In this document: piece after piece, positions 61,813-64,000 of the stretch
Layout: every line of letters begins with the position of its first letter
How positions within the stretch are numbered: position 1 is the first letter of the stretch
Source of the DNA: Prochlorococcus sp. AG-418-D13
GTDB taxonomy: Bacteria; Cyanobacteriota; Cyanobacteriia; PCC-6307; Cyanobiaceae
Assembly (NCBI GenBank): GCA_003214315.1
Contig: QCLU01000008.1
Location: 23,547-87,546, forward strand
Direction of reading: 5' to 3'
DNA: 64,000 nt
Notes under the pieces: model-generated
Seen by the model: the letters and a program-made list of their open reading frames with translations, nothing else
Databases searched by the model: none
What the model was told of the DNA's origin: nothing
Program-made: the position numbers and the translations under genes

Positions 61813-64000
61813 ATGACTATCAGCGATAAAATCAGAATTTACGAACTTTCCAGAGACTTAAATCTGGACAATAAAGATATATTGGATGCCGCTCAAAAAC
61901 TTTCAATTTCAGTAAAAAGCCATAGCAGTTCAATTAGCGCAGAGGAAGCAAAGAAAATAAAAAATCTTATTAATCAAAAAAATTCAGATAAAAAAATACT
62001 TTCTATTAATAAACCTTTAATTAAAAAAGATAATTATAAACAAAACAAAAAAGATGAATCTTCTGTTAGCTCCTCTATGAAAGAGAAACCTCTTAGTAAT
62101 TCAAACAAAAAGCCATTGTTGATAAAACCTCTTAATAAACCTGAGAGTCTAAAAATAATTTCAAATCAACCTAAAAATCTCAATAAACCGACAATTGCCA
62201 ACAGTTCACAATCTCAAGCAAATCTTACAAATCAAAATAGCATAACTTCTCAAAATCTCAAACAAGATAAAAAAACTTTACGAAATAACACAACCCCAAC
62301 TATAAAAACTCCTGTAAAACCCCCTATTCAACTAATTGCTAAGCCTAAAAATATCAATAATAATATCAAATCTAATGATTCTTCCCAGAACATCTCCAGT
62401 TCAGGGAGGGAAAGACAAATATCAAATAAACCTGACCAAAATTCGAACAAATCTAAAACAAAAAATATTAATAACAGAACGTCCCCGCCCGAGCTCGTAG
62501 GAGCTCCAATAAGAAGAGAAGGACCCAATCAGCAAAATAATAAGCAAAATATTTCTTTTAAACAAACTGTCCCCAACAGACCCGGTGCGCCCAACAGACC
62601 CGGTGCGCCCAACAGACCCGGTGCGCCCAACAGAACTGGTTCTCCCAACAGATCTGGTATGCCCAATAGGCCTGGATTAAGAAACAAACCATCAGATCAA
62701 GGCAGGCCTGGATCTTTCAATAGACAATCCAATACAAATAAGCCTGGCGCTCCCAACAGACCTGGTATGCAATATAGGCCTGGATTAAGAAACAAACCAT
62801 CAGATCAAGGTAGACCTGGATCTTTCAATAGACAAGCCAATTCAAATAAGCCTGGCGCTTCCAACAGACCTGGTATGCAATATAGGACTGGGTCTAAATT
62901 CAATAGTCAAAATTTACCTGGAATTAGAAAGCCAGTGTCACCTAATGAACTGTTACAACTTCAAAAAACTAACAAATCTGAGAATGACAAACAAGTTGTA
63001 AAAAAGAACGAAAAACAAAATATTGAGATAACGAAACAGAAGCCTAAAGCTCCAAATAGTCGTCCAAATACTGCCCCGAATTCAAAAAAACCACCCCATA
63101 GAACATTTTCAAATAATTCTAAAAAACCAGGAAAGACAGACTGGGACGATAGCGCAAAACTTGAAGCATTAAGGAGCAAAAATACACAAAAACAAAGACA
63201 GAAAGTTCATATTATAGGCGAGAATGATGACTCCTTAACATCTGAAACTAGTGGTTATTCAGGAGAAAAAATCTCAATCTTATCAGCTAGTTTAGCGCGT
63301 CCAAAGAAAACAAATTCTGATGAATCTAAATCTCAAAACACAATAAAACAATTTAAAAAGAAGAAAAAAGAGACTACTAGACAAAGGCAGAAAAGAAGAG
63401 CTATGGAGTTAAAGGCTGCTAAAGAAGCCAAACAAGTTAGGCCTGAAATGATAATCGTACCCGAAGATAATTTAACAGTTCAAGAATTAGCTGATAAATT
63501 AAGTCTTGAAAGCTCTGAAATAATCAAATCTCTTTTTTTTAAAGGAATAACTGCAACTGTTACTCAATCACTAGACTTAGCGACTATTGAAACAGTAGCA
63601 GAAGAATTTGGGGTGCCTGTTTTGCAAGATGATATCCAAGAAGCTGCTGAGAAAACAGTAGATATGATTGAATCTGAGGATATTGATAATCTACTAAGAA
63701 GACCACCTGTTATTACAGTGATGGGTCATGTAGATCATGGCAAAACAAGTCTTTTAGATTCCATCAGAGAATCAAGAGTAGCATCGGGGGAAGCAGGGGG
63801 CATCACTCAACACATTGGAGCTTATCAAGTTGAATTTGAACATGAATCTCAAAAGAAAAAATTAACTTTTCTTGATACCCCTGGTCATGAAGCCTTTACT
63901 GCAATGAGAGCAAGGGGTACAAAGGTTACAGATGTAGCTGTTCTAGTAGTTGCTGCAGATGATGGTTGCAGACCTCAAACACTAGAGGCTATTAGTCATG
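61813..64000 (+). CDS. infB: Translation initiation factor IF-2 (5' partial, continues beyond the window)
   Basis: The ATG at 61813 gives [17 protein letters not shown] long Pro/Asn/Lys-rich N-terminal region follows, and the G-domain begins with [17 protein letters not shown] near 63710. Not in the ORF track because it has no stop within the window. Confidence 0.96.
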   Translation, partial: MTISDKIRIYELSRDLNLDNKDILDAAQKLSISVKSHSSSISAEEAKKIKNLINQKNSDKKILSINKPLIKKDNYKQNKKDESSVSSSMKEKPLSNSNKKPLLIKPLNKPESLKIISNQPKNLNKPTIANSSQSQANLTNQNSITSQNLKQDKKTLRNNTTPTIKTPVKPPIQLIAKPKNINNNIKSNDSSQNISSSGRERQISNKPDQNSNKSKTKNINNRTSPPELVGAPIRREGPNQQNNKQNISFKQTVPNRPGAPNRPGAPNRPGAPNRTGSPNRSGMPNRPGLRNKPSDQGRPGSFNRQSNTNKPGAPNRPGMQYRPGLRNKPSDQGRPGSFNRQANSNKPGASNRPGMQYRTGSKFNSQNLPGIRKPVSPNELLQLQKTNKSENDKQVVKKNEKQNIEITKQKPKAPNSRPNTAPNSKKPPHRTFSNNSKKPGKTDWDDSAKLEALRSKNTQKQRQKVHIIGENDDSLTSETSGYSGEKISILSASLARPKKTNSDESKSQNTIKQFKKKKKETTRQRQKRRAMELKAAKEAKQVRPEMIIVPEDNLTVQELADKLSLESSEIIKSLFFKGITATVTQSLDLATIETVAEEFGVPVLQDDIQEAAEKTVDMIESEDIDNLLRRPPVITVMGHVDHGKTSLLDSIRESRVASGEAGGITQHIGAYQVEFEHESQKKKLTFLDTPGHEAFTAMRARGTKVTDVAVLVVAADDGCRPQTLEAISH
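62572..62895 (+). repeat. Nested in-frame tandem repeats inside infB (18-bp units encoding PNRPGA-like hexapeptides, plus a 108-bp higher-order duplication)
   Basis: Three identical 18-mers CCCAACAGACCCGGTGCG at 62572-62625 are followed by diverged units. 62644-62751 and 62752-62859 differ at 8 positions by my count, and a partial third copy lies at 62860-62895. Confidence 0.9.

Noticed and set aside
62328-63179. Minus-strand ORFs 62328-62528 and 62961-63179
   Set aside because: Both lie antisense within the infB N-terminal low-complexity region. That frame is open from 61813 through the G-domain, which explains the sequence.

Overview
This window reads as very gene-dense, AT-rich core chromosome of a high-light-adapted Prochlorococcus marinus-type picocyanobacterium. 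That assignment is inferred from gene content and order, not from any search. Supporting signs are split rpoC1/rpoC2, the atp1-led ATP synthase operon with a separate beta/epsilon pair, ccdA-ccs1, an hli gene, ycf-type genes, minimal spacers and overlapping stop codons.

I support about 68 protein-coding genes:
- Chaperones and central metabolism: groES-groEL, gpmI, secG, pyrR, pepP, nadD-nadE, purB, fumC, hisD, rpiA, queF, glnB.
- Energy: both ATP synthase clusters.
- Envelope and cytochrome biogenesis: ftsW, ccdA-ccs1, htrA.
- Biotin: a bioF-(bioK-like)-bioC-bioD-bioA operon.
- Transcription and translation: rpoB-rpoC1-rpoC2, rpsT, rsmG, rlmN, tlyA, tatD, and rimP-nusA-ylxR-infB (infB runs off the 3' end).
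- Three ORFs too short for the supplied track: an HLIP gene and two weaker candidates.

I recognised no rRNA, tRNA, CRISPR array, IS element, prophage or defence-island signature, and no compositional island apart from a GC-richer repeat block inside infB. I found no convincing evidence of a new multi-gene system.

The most promising understudied items are:
- A translationally coupled DUF2997-DUF1257(Ycf35)-ferredoxin-aldo/keto reductase string preceded by a perfect 15-bp palindrome.
- A ferredoxin, a 63-aa ORF and a DUF3326-like gene appended directly to the ATP synthase operon.
- A K-box-like element upstream of groESL, with no CIRCE visible.
- A cluster of DnaA-box-like 9-mers at the left edge.
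- A ccdA reading frame with no canonical start codon.
- Nested tandem repeats in infB.

All motif consensus sequences and family names are quoted from memory. Nothing was searched or computed beyond reading the sequence by hand.
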